Part shown: piece by piece, positions 28,759 to 38,447 of the stretch
Position numbering within the stretch: position 1 is the stretch's first letter
Layout of the letters: each line of letters starts with the position of its first letter
From: a virus
Taxonomy: Duplodnaviria > Caudoviricetes
Virus record (IMG/VR): IMGVR_UViG_2930369814_000001
Span: 1-64,000 of that record
DNA: 64,000 nt
Strand: one strand, 5' to 3'
The notes under the pieces: generated by a model
Database searches by the model: none
Seen by the model: the letters and a program-made list of their open reading frames with translations, nothing else
What the model was told of the DNA's origin: nothing
Made by a program: the position numbers and the translations under genes

Positions 28759-29532
28759 TCAGAACGCTCCAGGGAGCGGGTTCGGGTCGTGCTCGGCCAG
28801 CGCCCGCCGGAACCGGGCAAGCTGGCTGCCGGAATGGCCCGCGGCGTACTCCTGATACAACCGCGCCCACTCCGCCGCCTGCGGGGACAGTTCGAAGCGC
28901 TGCCCCCGGAAAACGGGAGTTGCCGCACAGTGGCAGCCGTCGTGGGCTCGGAAGCCCACCGTGTCCCGCTTAAACACAGCCCCGCGCGCTGCGAGCAAAC
29001 GACAAAAGGCGCATGCACCGAGCGCCGCCGTTCGCGCCCACGCTGTCGCCTGCGGGTCCTGCCGCACCGCTTCCAAGACGGTGCTACGGCCAGTGTCTGC
29101 GACCAGCTTCTGGGCGACAGCCTCAGCCTTCTTCGCCGCCTGCTCCAGGCGGACGTCGAGAGGTTGAGACTGGGCTTCGGTGGCCACGTCGGGTTCGCGT
29201 TCCCACACGTCCTTGGTCGCCCACCGCAGGCTGGCTTCGGTCTTCCCCTCTGGAGGCGGGTCGGTAACCGATGCAGTGAACACGCCGGGTACACCGGCCG
29301 CGTCCCGCTGAGCGTCGTAGAACTCGGCACCCAGCGCGGCGGAGGCGAAGGAGTACTGATCGATGACTGCCTGCATGGCCGCCAGCCAATCCGGCATCGA
29401 CTGCCGCAGCCGCGAAGGCATGATCAGCCGTCGGAGTCCGCGGATGTCGCGCACCAGCAGTCGAGTCAAGCCGATCTGGGCCGAGCGGTACCGGCTGGCG
29501 TCGCGGCCCCCGTCAGAGACCGTCGTCGCCAC
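28759..29532 (-). CDS. minor capsid / head morphogenesis protein
   Basis: ACAFCRLLAARG...HDGCHC motif; follows the portal gene. Confidence 0.8.
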   Translation of the reverse strand: MATTVSDGGRDASRYRSAQIGLTRLLVRDIRGLRRLIMPSRLRQSMPDWLAAMQAVIDQYSFASAALGAEFYDAQRDAAGVPGVFTASVTDPPPEGKTEASLRWATKDVWEREPDVATEAQSQPLDVRLEQAAKKAEAVAQKLVADTGRSTVLEAVRQDPQATAWARTAALGACAFCRLLAARGAVFKRDTVGFRAHDGCHCAATPVFRGQRFELSPQAAEWARLYQEYAAGHSGSQLARFRRALAEHDPNPLPGAF

Positions 29533-30973
29533 CGGTCACCTCCACGGCGTCCGGCAGCCCATCCGGCCCGTTCACTGCGGCGAGACGGTCCAGAATCGAC
29601 CGGCCGGCGGTAGCAGCGCTCGACCGGCGCCGGTCCGCAGCAATCCGCTGCCGTTGTGGCTCCGTGAACCCGGCCATCTCCAGCGTGACGTCGGAGTCGG
29701 CGGGCAGCACCCCGGCCTGAACGAGTTTGACTGTGGCGTCCACCTGTGCGGCCACCGTCGGCGTTGCCGGGTTCCGCCACACCGTTTCGATCCGCCGAGC
29801 CTTGTCCGGCGGTTCGCCGTCGCGGATCCACAGGGCGAGCCGCATCGCCTGCTGCCACCCGGCACCGAACCGGCGGATGCGGCGTTCGGCCTTCTTCACC
29901 TGCCGGTTGTCGGCGAACCGGATCGCGTCTGCGGAGGCGGGGTTGTCGCTGCTGTAGCCGAGAACGTGCGGGGCGACCGACATCTGCGACGCCATGATCC
30001 GCGCATACAAGTCGATGATCTTCGTCATGCCGGACGGATCATGGGCCGGAAACTGGCCTACCGTCGGGATCTCCCCGTTCTCGTCCCGCTCCAGGCCCAG
30101 CATGCGGCCGATGTAGGTCTGCCAGGCGTCCAGGGCATTGCCTTCGGCGTCCTGAAACGCCGACTCCGACGCACCCAAGATGTAGCGCTGCGGGGCGCCG
30201 AAGAACTCGGCTGCCACCTCCATGCCCATCAGCCGTCGGCACGCCGCATCCGTGATCGACATGACCTCAGGCGTGATCTCCGACTTGCCGACCCGGTCCG
30301 CGGTCCGCTGCCGGTTCGCCAACCGCACCACCGGCACGACACCGAGTTTGTGCTCGTCCCGGTCGACGACCTCCCAGCCGCCGGACTCCGACGGCAGGCA
30401 CATCACCGTCTGATCCGGCAGATACAGGACCAGCATCCGTTCCTCGGGCCCCGCCTCGATGAAGCTGTCAGCGGCGCACTCGCGGAGCGCCGCGGTGCCC
30501 ATGCGCATGCGGGCATCCCACATCAGCGTCATGTCCAACGGCGACTCGGCGGTGATCAGCGGCGGGCAGTCGTCCGCGCCGCAGCCACCCGAACCGACCG
30601 CCAGGTACTCCCGGCCGTACACAAACGCGTCCAGGTGAGCGAGGCTCGACTCGTCGAACAGGTCGTTCGCCTCTGCGATCTCCGTCAACTCGCTGGAATC
30701 GGAACCGTCCGCCCACCGGAACGCCTCCAAATCCAGGCGCTCCTCCAGGCTTTCGACCCCGACCCGAGGCCAGCCGATCACCGTATGCAGGCCCTTGAGC
30801 TGCGGCGGAATCGAGATACCCAGGTCCCGGATCAACTGCTCGCCGTTGAAGTAGGCATCCCTCAACTGCAGCGCCCACCGGTCCCGCAGCAAGTCGGCCC
30901 GCAGCAGGTTGATCAGCGCATGCTCCTCGTCCGACAGATACACCAGCGGCAGCTCGGGGATGGAGAGGGTCAT
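29513..30973 (-). CDS. portal protein (SPP1 gp6-like)
   Basis: GWPRVGVESLEERL, AEFFGAPQRYILG, WRNPATPT. Confidence 0.92.
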   Translation of the reverse strand: MTLSIPELPLVYLSDEEHALINLLRADLLRDRWALQLRDAYFNGEQLIRDLGISIPPQLKGLHTVIGWPRVGVESLEERLDLEAFRWADGSDSSELTEIAEANDLFDESSLAHLDAFVYGREYLAVGSGGCGADDCPPLITAESPLDMTLMWDARMRMGTAALRECAADSFIEAGPEERMLVLYLPDQTVMCLPSESGGWEVVDRDEHKLGVVPVVRLANRQRTADRVGKSEITPEVMSITDAACRRLMGMEVAAEFFGAPQRYILGASESAFQDAEGNALDAWQTYIGRMLGLERDENGEIPTVGQFPAHDPSGMTKIIDLYARIMASQMSVAPHVLGYSSDNPASADAIRFADNRQVKKAERRIRRFGAGWQQAMRLALWIRDGEPPDKARRIETVWRNPATPTVAAQVDATVKLVQAGVLPADSDVTLEMAGFTEPQRQRIAADRRRSSAATAGRSILDRLAAVNGPDGLPDAVEVTGGDDGL

Positions 30974-32715
30974 CGCAGCACCACCACCCTCCCCTTGCCC
31001 GGCGACTTCTTCTTGGCACGCTTCGGCGAGTTGAGGATCATCCTGCGCAGCATCCGCGCCCCAACCATGCACACCGCCAAGTCGATCTTCCGGGCAGACT
31101 CACGGTGCTCCTTGCCGATCGTCACGCCCCACCGGTTCGTCCGACGACGGGCGTTGATCACGTGCGTGCGGAGCGTCTTGTGCCCGTCGTGCGTCAGAGT
31201 CCGCTCCAGGACGTCGGCGTGCGTGCGCTTCACAGCCTCCGTGAACGTCTCCTGATTCCGGGGGTCACGCATGTCCCAGCGCACCGCATGCGCCTTCGGG
31301 CCCGACAGCACCGACCGCAAAGCCAGCTTCCGGCCCCACTTCTGACCCCACAGGTCGATGAAGGCGTCCCAGTACATCTCGCCGTCATCGTCATCCTGAC
31401 CAGAGCCCGGGTCAGCGAAGAACGCCAACACCCGAAACCGGGCGAACGCGTTCTCCACCACGCCGTGCACCTCGTCCCGAGGCACCCGATACGGCACGAA
31501 GCCAGGCGTGTTCGGCGCCGGCCAGTTCGCCGGCTTCTGCCACACCCCCAGCGCGGTCACGAAACCGTCCGACATGCGGCACGCGCACAGCCCAGTGGCG
31601 TCATCGCTCTTGGAGCCGTCAAAGAACAGCACGATCTCGTTGCCGTCCTCGAGCTGGAGGTCGTCGCGCTTACAGGCGTCCCACTCATAGCGGGCCATCC
31701 ACGCATCCTCAGCCGCGACGATCTGGTTGTACCAGAACCGCCGCGATCGAGACGGAGGGTTCCGCGGGTCCAGGATCGACGCCTTCAGCCGGCCAATGTC
31801 CAGCCATGCCGAATCCCCGCGCACTGCCCGCAAGGTCGGCTCGATCCACGCTTCCGTCAGCTTCGCCTCCGGTGGAGCCTCCAGCGTGTCGTAGAAAAGG
31901 CCTGTGTCGACGGCCCGTCCAGCCTCCGCCGCCTCGTAGGCGTCGCGGGTGCGCTCGGCCACCGAGTCCTCGCCCGGCTCGAACGCGTTCGTATCCGCCA
32001 ACGTCCTCGACTGGCCGTCCGCCGACTTGGTGGCGTTGCGCTCGATCACGGCCGCCATCTCGTGGCCCGAGTTCGACTCCAGCCAGTGATGCGTCTCCCC
32101 CATGTAGGTGGCCGTCGGCCGCCCACCTTCCAAAGCGCGAGGAGACGACGTCACGGCCTCGATCCGGGCCCGGCCCTTGTCGGCGTAGATGATCTCCTTG
32201 CCGAGGTCGATGCGGTACTCCTCGATCGCCCGCTTCGAGAACAGGCTCGGGAACAGCGTCATCGTGTTCCGAGTCTGATCCTGGCTGACTGCGGCCATCT
32301 GAACCCAGGCAGCCGGATGCTGCACGCCGAGCGGCTGCCCCGGCGGGACACCCCACTCGTTGCCCTCGTCGGCCACTTCGCCGAAGCGGCACGGGCCGAC
32401 GAACTCAAACGCCCCCCACGTCGCCTTCAACGGATCCTTGCCGTGGCCCTTCAACCTCTGGAGCACACCGTCCCGCCACAGAAACCGGTTCGTCTCCGGA
32501 TCCATCGCGTACCACCACAAGGTCAGGCGCGCCTGCTCCGGCGTGTACTGCCACGCCTTCCCGACGTAGTGCTGCAGGTACGTCTTGGTCCAGGCGAGGC
32601 ACTGCCAGCCCAGCGTGTACTCGGGCAGCACGAACTTGCCGTCCGGACCGCGCTTCCACGTCGGGCCGAGGGTGAAGGGTTCGACGACGTCGGGGACCTG
32701 CTCGTCAGTCTCCAT
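30970..32715 (-). CDS. terminase large subunit
   Basis: RLKGHGKD Walker A-like, AAVSQDQT, FFDGSKSDDAT, KIDLAV. Confidence 0.95.
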   Translation of the reverse strand: METDEQVPDVVEPFTLGPTWKRGPDGKFVLPEYTLGWQCLAWTKTYLQHYVGKAWQYTPEQARLTLWWYAMDPETNRFLWRDGVLQRLKGHGKDPLKATWGAFEFVGPCRFGEVADEGNEWGVPPGQPLGVQHPAAWVQMAAVSQDQTRNTMTLFPSLFSKRAIEEYRIDLGKEIIYADKGRARIEAVTSSPRALEGGRPTATYMGETHHWLESNSGHEMAAVIERNATKSADGQSRTLADTNAFEPGEDSVAERTRDAYEAAEAGRAVDTGLFYDTLEAPPEAKLTEAWIEPTLRAVRGDSAWLDIGRLKASILDPRNPPSRSRRFWYNQIVAAEDAWMARYEWDACKRDDLQLEDGNEIVLFFDGSKSDDATGLCACRMSDGFVTALGVWQKPANWPAPNTPGFVPYRVPRDEVHGVVENAFARFRVLAFFADPGSGQDDDDGEMYWDAFIDLWGQKWGRKLALRSVLSGPKAHAVRWDMRDPRNQETFTEAVKRTHADVLERTLTHDGHKTLRTHVINARRRTNRWGVTIGKEHRESARKIDLAVCMVGARMLRRMILNSPKRAKKKSPGKGRVVVLR

Positions 32716-32977
32716 CGCCGCGACGGTCGTACAGCGGGGAGCGCCGCTTCAGGTCGTTGCGCAGCAGGCATGCCTCGATGTCGCCGCGGTCCGGCCGGTC
32801 GAAGAAGCCCCGCAGCCGGACCACGGCGAAGTCACGGAGGCCCTCAATCCGCCTCAGCGAGCCGGCGTACAGGCACTGCTGCTGCGGGATGCCTTGAAGC
32901 CGGGCCCACGCCTGCGCCTCGTCCTGACTGCCCGCACAGACGACGTACTTGATCACGTCAGCCCCCTGCGATGTCAC
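32705..32977 (-). CDS. hypothetical protein
   Basis: Fills the gap between the terminase genes. Confidence 0.55.
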   Translation of the reverse strand: MTSQGADVIKYVVCAGSQDEAQAWARLQGIPQQQCLYAGSLRRIEGLRDFAVVRLRGFFDRPDRGDIEACLLRNDLKRRSPLYDRRGDGD

Positions 32978-33395
32978 GGTAGGAGTCCAGAGGGCTCACC
33001 GACGCCAACTGCAGGCCAGCGGGCTTCTTCCGCTCCAGCTCCATACGGGCCCGACGCCGGTCTCCCTCCGTCGTCAGCAGCGACGACATCACCGAGTTCA
33101 AGGCCGCCACCAGTTGCCCATTCGGGCCGCGCTCCGACAGCAGCACCTTCGACATCAGGTCCGCGGCATACCGGGCCACAGCCCAGTCCGACGGCTCGTA
33201 AAAGGCCGCCTGGCCCGACTCCCGCAAGGACAGGTACCAGTCTGCAGCGATCGAATGCCACAGCGGATCCGGTTCGGGAAGGTCAGGCATGCCTTCCGGC
33301 GCCCCCGCAGGGGCTTGGATGAGAGCCGGCCCGTCGCCCTTGTTGACGCGACGACGTTCCTCGCTCCGCTTGGGAATGGGTCCACGAGTGCCCAC
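32958..33395 (-). CDS. terminase small subunit
   Basis: RGPIPKR...ESGQAAFYEPSDW...TEGDRRRARMEL. Confidence 0.88.
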   Translation of the reverse strand: MGTRGPIPKRSEERRRVNKGDGPALIQAPAGAPEGMPDLPEPDPLWHSIAADWYLSLRESGQAAFYEPSDWAVARYAADLMSKVLLSERGPNGQLVAALNSVMSSLLTTEGDRRRARMELERKKPAGLQLASVSPLDSYRDIAGG

Positions 33396-33546
33396 GACGA
33401 CCTCCAGGGTCAGAGCGCGCCACCGGGGCGCACGGGCAGATGAAGGAACCCGCAGCGAGGGCGCCACCAGGACGCCCCGGAGGTTCCACGAACTAGCAGG
33501 TAGGGCCTAGGAAACCCGTAGGCAGGGCCAGGTGCTATACGGCCCC

Positions 33547-33739
33547 GATCCGGGAAGATCGTCGGGAGGGGTGATCATCCCCGGGTTGGATCATGGCCTG
33601 CGTGATCTTGAAACGCCCTTTTGGATCATGAGATTTGGGGTCTTGGTGATCTTGCCGCCCTTGATCAACAGGGCTCGGATCGACCTGCTTGATCTTGATT
33701 CTGTCGCAGCTCGCGATCACCATCACGACGCTGACGATC
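33547..33739. repeat. GATC-rich noncoding array (putative cos/pac region)
   Basis: 12 GATC in 193 bp upstream of terS. Confidence 0.6.
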
Positions 33740-33831
33740 ACCGTGACCGCGTCGCCGTGCCTCGCCCCATGCCTGCCTGCCCTGCCCCGTCGGCCGGCCT
33801 GGTGGGCTGGCACCGTCGGGTGGGCGGCCGG

Positions 33832-34005
33832 CTAGGGGCTGGCGTGCTCCTGGCCGTCGAGGGAGTGGTGCACCAGCAGCCACCCGACCGACCCGTCGGC
33901 CTGGGTGACTGGTCTGGTCTCCGGTCCGCACACGCACTCGACCTCGGCCGTGCTGGTGTCGTGGTCGACCTGGTCACCGATCGGCGTGACGTGCAGCGTG
34001 GTCAC
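33832..34005 (-). CDS. small His/Cys protein
   Basis: DH...CVCGP...VHHSLDG; GTGA overlap with the upstream gene. Confidence 0.6.
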   Translation of the reverse strand: MTTLHVTPIGDQVDHDTSTAEVECVCGPETRPVTQADGSVGWLLVHHSLDGQEHASP

Positions 34006-34235
34006 CGTCGTCGGCCGACGTTGGCCCGGCTGCCGGTGTACACGCCGGTGTTGCGGCGGTGGAGGAGTTGGCAGTAGCCGCGCGCCCTTGCTCCCATGTA
34101 CTTGGAGAGCTGCCTGTTGCACCTGGTCCAGTCGCCTGGTGTGCCCCAGCGGATCTTGGCGGCGCCTGGGCCGCTGGTCCAGTACCGGCGGAGGGTCTCG
34201 GCGTTGCCGCGCCGGCCACGTCCCTTGGATGCCAC
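34002..34235 (-). CDS. basic phage protein
   Basis: LRRYWTSGPGAAKIRWGTPGDWTRC motif, which I recognise from actinophage head regions. Confidence 0.7.
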   Translation of the reverse strand: MASKGRGRRGNAETLRRYWTSGPGAAKIRWGTPGDWTRCNRQLSKYMGARARGYCQLLHRRNTGVYTGSRANVGRRR

Positions 34236-34241
34236 AGGTCA

Positions 34242-34460
34242 TCACTCCTTCTGCGGCGCGGGTTCCTGGTCGTGAGGCTCCTGTTCTTCGTCTACCCGCT
34301 GGATCTGTGCACCGAGCGCGGCGGGGATGGCGAGGCAGATGCCGTGCTGGTCGGTGAAGATGGCCCATCCGTCGGCGACGGTGAGAGCGAGGTGGTCGTC
34401 TTCTACGAGGACGTCGTCTTTGCGCTGCTCGCGCGGATGGACGATCAGGTATGCGGGCAT
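34242..34460 (-). CDS. hypothetical protein
   Basis: Operonic small ORF. Confidence 0.6.
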   Translation of the reverse strand: MPAYLIVHPREQRKDDVLVEDDHLALTVADGWAIFTDQHGICLAIPAALGAQIQRVDEEQEPHDQEPAPQKE

Positions 34461-34690
34461 GCCGTGGTCTCGCTGTCGACGCGGTAGGCGTCGTGCCCTT
34501 CATCGGGTGTGAGGCCCATGAGTGCGCCGAGCTGCGAGACTCCGTGGGTGATCGGGGTGATGGCGAGGTCGATGGGTCGGGCGAGGAAGACGTGCTTCTT
34601 CTGTGCGCTCCACAGGATCTCGGTCAGGGCGGCGGTCTTCGGGTCCTGGCCGTGCGGGACGCGAACGTAGGTTGTGAGCATGGCGGTCAC
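34445..34690 (-). CDS. hypothetical protein
   Basis: Operonic small ORF. Confidence 0.5.
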   Translation of the reverse strand: MTAMLTTYVRVPHGQDPKTAALTEILWSAQKKHVFLARPIDLAITPITHGVSQLGALMGLTPDEGHDAYRVDSETTACPHT

Positions 34691-34980
34691 CTCATTCCGG
34701 GGTGGGCTTCGGGCGGGCGTTTCCGTCCGGGCCGGGGGTTGGCGCGCTGGGCGTCGTTCCCTTCCCGACTGCTTTTTTGATCATGACAGGGTCCACAGAC
34801 GCCCTGAAGATCCGCAGGTCCGTTCCTGTCAGCCATGGCCACGATGTGGTCGCAGTGCGTGGACGGGCGGACGCCGCAGAGAACGCACGTACTGTCCCGG
34901 GCCAAAATCTCGGCACGGATGCGGTCCCAGCCTCTGGGCAGCCTCGCCTTCCGCCCCGAGTTCGACCAGCCGCCGCTCAC
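34687..34980 (-). CDS. HNH endonuclease (terminase-associated type)
   Basis: ILARD..CVLC...DHI...LQGVCGPCHDQKS. Confidence 0.88.
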   Translation of the reverse strand: MSGGWSNSGRKARLPRGWDRIRAEILARDSTCVLCGVRPSTHCDHIVAMADRNGPADLQGVCGPCHDQKSSREGNDAQRANPRPGRKRPPEAHPGMR

Positions 34981-35249
34981 GAGTACGTGAGGGTGGCGAG
35001 TTCCATGCCACCCCCGTCGTAGTAGGTTGCGCTGCGGATGTGCGCGGGTCGGTCGGCGGTGAGTGTGAGGTCGGCCTCCATGGTGCGAGCATCGCCAGGT
35101 GCTCCCGGGATGTCGGCGCTCAGCACGACGGTGCCCTCGTTGTCGAGGTTGAGGGGCTTGTCGATGTCGGTGCCGCCGAGCTCGCGCAGGGCCGTCTCAT
35201 AGAACGGCACCAGGAACTCGGCGACGCGAATGCTGACCTTGGCCATCAC
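34977..35249 (-). CDS. hypothetical protein (paralog of 36059-36343)
   Basis: Shared GAP.dA.TME..L.L motif. Confidence 0.6.
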   Translation of the reverse strand: MMAKVSIRVAEFLVPFYETALRELGGTDIDKPLNLDNEGTVVLSADIPGAPGDARTMEADLTLTADRPAHIRSATYYDGGGMELATLTYS

Positions 35250-35452
35250 GCCTCCTCGGGGCTGCGTTCGGTGTTGCTGCTGGGTGACCAGCCTGCGAAG
35301 CCGGCGCGTCGGTCGGTGGGGCTGCCTGCGATGGCGGCGTCGTAGAGGCGGATGGCGGTTTCTTCGGCTCGCCGGAGTGCGTCGTCTGCGCCTGTGATCT
35401 CGACGGTGACGTCGCGGATGCCGTCGGACAGCTTCACCGTGACGTCAGGCAT
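35246..35452 (-). CDS. hypothetical protein
   Basis: Operonic small ORF. Confidence 0.6.
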   Translation of the reverse strand: MPDVTVKLSDGIRDVTVEITGADDALRRAEETAIRLYDAAIAGSPTDRRAGFAGWSPSSNTERSPEEA

Positions 35453-36059
35453 CGGTGGCGGGTCCGGTCTCGCCTGCCTCGGTGGGCTGTGGCGGGTAGG
35501 TGGAGCGCTTGGCGGCCCGCATGGCGGAGGCGTAGCCGTTCAGGTATTCCGCCGGGGGGAAGGGCTGTTTGGCGTCGATGGCCTCGGGCTGTTCGGGCAG
35601 GCGCCGGACCTGTTCCAGCGTCTCGGCTTGCGCGTCGCGCTGTGTGCGTATGCCGCGTGCGGCGTTGAGGATGTCGTCCCAGTCGCGGAGCCGGTCCATG
35701 CCGAGCGCGTCGGTGAGGGCGGTCTTCTGTTCCTTGGAGACGCGCTTCCGGATGGCTTCGGCTTCTTCGCTGTGCCTGGCCTGCTGACGGAGTACTTCCA
35801 TCTCGTCGACCGGGGTTCGCGTCGCTTCCGCTTCGCGGAGGTAGCCGCTGGTGTCGTTGGCGGGGATGTCGATGGTGTCTTCGAAGACGAGGACGGCGCG
35901 GGCGCCGATCCGCTCCAGGAGATCGTCGGGGGTGCCGAGGTCGCGGCGGAGGGCGTCGAATCCGGCTTCGTCGGTGGGCACCTGGTCTACGACGAGGACG
36001 AATGGCGGCCGGTCGTCGTTGCTGCCTTCGGGGAGTTCGAGGATCTGCAGGCGGGCCAT
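35445..36059 (-). CDS. hypothetical protein
   Basis: MARLQILELP...PFVLVVDQ, 204 aa. Confidence 0.7.
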   Translation of the reverse strand: MARLQILELPEGSNDDRPPFVLVVDQVPTDEAGFDALRRDLGTPDDLLERIGARAVLVFEDTIDIPANDTSGYLREAEATRTPVDEMEVLRQQARHSEEAEAIRKRVSKEQKTALTDALGMDRLRDWDDILNAARGIRTQRDAQAETLEQVRRLPEQPEAIDAKQPFPPAEYLNGYASAMRAAKRSTYPPQPTEAGETGPATDA

Positions 36060-36343
36060 CAGCCGGTCACCGCCTTGCGGAAGGGAACGATGGGCGCGAG
36101 GAAGATTCCGTGTTCGTCCCAGTAGTGGATTCCACTGATCTTGGGCTGCCCGTCGACGAGTTGCAGGGTCACTTCCATAGTCTTGGCCTGGTCGGGTGCG
36201 CCGTTCATCTGCATGTCGAGGATGGTGACGCCCATCGCCGTGGGGCTGGGTCGGCGTCCGACCTCGTGACCGTTGAGCATTGATCGGATCGCTTCGAAGT
36301 CGTCGAGCATCTCGTTCGCGATGTGCATTTCGACGGTGGCCAT
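36059..36343 (-). CDS. hypothetical protein
   Basis: Translationally coupled (TGATG). Confidence 0.6.
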   Translation of the reverse strand: MATVEMHIANEMLDDFEAIRSMLNGHEVGRRPSPTAMGVTILDMQMNGAPDQAKTMEVTLQLVDGQPKISGIHYWDEHGIFLAPIVPFRKAVTG

Positions 36344-36603
36344 CAGTCGGTCACCGCCTCGTAGGTGGCGGCGAAGACGTCGTCTCGGCAGGGGTAGAAC
36401 TCGCTCTGCACGCCCTTGATGATCCAGTCTCCGTACTGGAACTGGACCCAGGTGTCGTGAAGTCGGTCGTAGACGTGGAAGTCACGGTCGACGTCGTTGA
36501 GCTTGACGAGCCCGTTGGTGAAGTCGATCAGTGTCCGCATGGGCACGTCCTCGGTCCACTGCACGGCCTCGATCTCGACGGGGCGCTTGCGGTAGCGGGC
36601 CAT
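36343..36603 (-). CDS. conserved phage protein (RKRPVEIEAVQW family)
   Basis: GDWIIKGV..EFYPC..VF..TYE. Confidence 0.8.
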   Translation of the reverse strand: MARYRKRPVEIEAVQWTEDVPMRTLIDFTNGLVKLNDVDRDFHVYDRLHDTWVQFQYGDWIIKGVQSEFYPCRDDVFAATYEAVTD

Positions 36604-36785
36604 CAGATGCTCACCGCCTTGGCGTCCGTCTGCAGGACGATGCTGCGGACGTTGATGGCGGGGATGTAGGCGGCTGCGGATCCGTCTCCGACCCAGGCGA
36701 TGTACTGGCTGCCGGAGGGTTCGAGGTTGGCGGCCGTGATGGTTTCGGCTTCGCCGTCGAGGTAGGTGACGAGGTACTGGGCCAT
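36603..36785 (-). CDS. hypothetical protein
   Basis: Preceded by the junction motif. Confidence 0.6.
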   Translation of the reverse strand: MAQYLVTYLDGEAETITAANLEPSGSQYIAWVGDGSAAAYIPAINVRSIVLQTDAKAVSI

Positions 36786-36810
36786 GGCGCGGGCTCCTGT
36801 GGGGTGGTGG

Positions 36811-37197
36811 TCAGGGTTTCCAGCGGGGTCCGCGTAGTGCGGCGGGCACGTCGCTGGTGGTGATGGGTGGGGTGGCGCGGATGTCGCTGAGGCCGAGGCG
36901 TCGGCCGTCGCGCGGCTGCGGTTCAGGCGGCTGTGACTGATCGAGGCTGGCGAGGATCTCGTCGGTCATGCTGTGGGCGTGGGCGAGGTCGAGGAGTTCG
37001 GGGCAGTCACTCAGCCGAGTGTCGAGGTCGGGGCCGCAGCCTTCGCACCAGTGGCTGTTGGGCCAAGCCTGGTGCCGGGCGAGGATGCGCCGGTCGGCTT
37101 CGCAGCGGCGGAGTAGCGGCGTCGGGTCGCCCAGCATTGCCCGGCCTTCGCTCTCGGTCTCGTCGACTTGCTGGGTGATCCAGGCGTGGAGATCCAT
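36811..37197 (-). CDS. DUF6221-like protein
   Basis: LRRCEADRRILARH...C..C...CPELLDLA. Confidence 0.65.
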   Translation of the reverse strand: MDLHAWITQQVDETESEGRAMLGDPTPLLRRCEADRRILARHQAWPNSHWCEGCGPDLDTRLSDCPELLDLAHAHSMTDEILASLDQSQPPEPQPRDGRRLGLSDIRATPPITTSDVPAALRGPRWKP

Positions 37198-37214
37198 GGC
37201 GCGGGCTCCGTGGG

Positions 37215-37472
37215 TCAGGTCACTGAGGCATGGCGGGCGATACGGCGGAGAGCACCCCAGCGGGTGAACGTGTAGCCAAATCCGCAGCCCTCTGTGTGGG
37301 GTGTGCCGTTGCGGCCGTCGTACACGCCGGGACGTTGGGTGACGCGAGGCTCGTAGGTGCTCACGTCCCAGCGCCAGCGGAGCAGGCGGTGGAGACGGTG
37401 GCAGGTGGGCGCGCGACGGATCCGAAGTAGGCGGATCTCGTGCACGAGTTCGGGGTACCGGTCTGCGGCCAT
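37215..37472 (-). CDS. hypothetical protein
   Basis: Preceded by the junction motif. Confidence 0.55.
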   Translation of the reverse strand: MAADRYPELVHEIRLLRIRRAPTCHRLHRLLRWRWDVSTYEPRVTQRPGVYDGRNGTPHTEGCGFGYTFTRWGALRRIARHASVT

Positions 37473-37494
37473 GGCGCGGGCTCCGGGGTGGGGT

Positions 37495-37734
37495 TCAGCG
37501 GTGGGTGAGCAGGAAGATGGTGCGCTTGCCGAGGCAGAGGCCGATCTCCCAGCTGCTGTTGTCGCGGGCGACGTGGACGGGCGTGAGGTGCAGCTGCCAC
37601 AGCCAGCGGCTGCGCCAGTAGGTGCGGTAGCCGAACGGCTGGACGTGCCCGGTCTTGAGGGCCTTCCAGTGCCACGGCTTCTCCCCGCGCCAAACGGTCT
37701 TGATGAGGCGGGTGCTGTCGGCAGTCGTACTCAT
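37495..37734 (-). CDS. hypothetical protein
   Basis: ATGA overlap with the upstream gene. Confidence 0.55.
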   Translation of the reverse strand: MSTTADSTRLIKTVWRGEKPWHWKALKTGHVQPFGYRTYWRSRWLWQLHLTPVHVARDNSSWEIGLCLGKRTIFLLTHR

Positions 37735-38093
37735 GTCGGCTCCGGGGTGGCGATGCCGAGCGGTCCGGTGATCTCGTACTGGTCGAGCTGCGACAGGGCG
37801 TGGCCAAGTAGTCCACGCAGGAGGGCCCGCTCACGGGCGCTGTCGGGAATGCCGCCGGGCTGGTCGACGACGCTGAACGTCTGCCCGTCGGACCACGCGT
37901 AGGTGAGCGCGGTCGGCTTCTGCTTGAACCGCTTCATCTGCTCGGCCGCGTACTCGTCGAGGATGCGCATCAGCTCTTCGCCGTCGATGGTGTGGCAGAG
38001 GGAGCAGGTGCGGACGGAGGCGCTGGCGTGGGCGGGCTTGTTGTACTCCCATGCGTGCTCGCACGGGTTGGGCATGGCGGTGTTCTCGGCCAT
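37731..38093 (-). CDS. hypothetical protein
   Basis: CEHAW...CSLC; preceded by the junction motif. Confidence 0.6.
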   Translation of the reverse strand: MAENTAMPNPCEHAWEYNKPAHASASVRTCSLCHTIDGEELMRILDEYAAEQMKRFKQKPTALTYAWSDGQTFSVVDQPGGIPDSARERALLRGLLGHALSQLDQYEITGPLGIATPEPT

Positions 38094-38114
38094 GGCGCGG
38101 GCTCCGGGGTGGGG

Positions 38115-38426
38115 TTAGAGGTCGTCTTCGGCTGCGATGACGACGCGGCGGGCGAGGAGCGTGACGGTGACGTAGACGAGGCTGCGGTCTTCGATCTCGA
38201 CGTCGTGCACCTTGACCGGGTGCTCGGCGGAGGCCAGGAGCGCCTGCCCGTTGATGCGGATCTCGTCGGGGACGACGATGCTGCCGCCGGTGGTGTCGTC
38301 GGTGGCGCGTCCGCGTTCGATGATCTCGATGACGGCACCGCGCGCGGGCCATGGACCGTGGTCGGTGGCGTCGGCGGGGTCGTTGAGGGTGGAGCCGAGG
38401 GTGACGGTCTGCTTGTTGTCGGCCAT
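38115..38426 (-). CDS. hypothetical protein
   Basis: IVVPDEIRINGQ; preceded by a variant motif. Confidence 0.65.
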   Translation of the reverse strand: MADNKQTVTLGSTLNDPADATDHGPWPARGAVIEIIERGRATDDTTGGSIVVPDEIRINGQALLASAEHPVKVHDVEIEDRSLVYVTVTLLARRVVIAAEDDL

Positions 38427-38447
38427 GGGCGCGGGCCTTCCGTGGGG

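Noticed and set aside
29363-32952. Two + strand ORFs over 600 aa
   Set aside because: Shadows of the portal and terminase genes
36782-38105. CRISPR or integron array
   Set aside because: Repeats are 16 bp, separated by whole genes of variable length; no cas genes or attC-like hairpins
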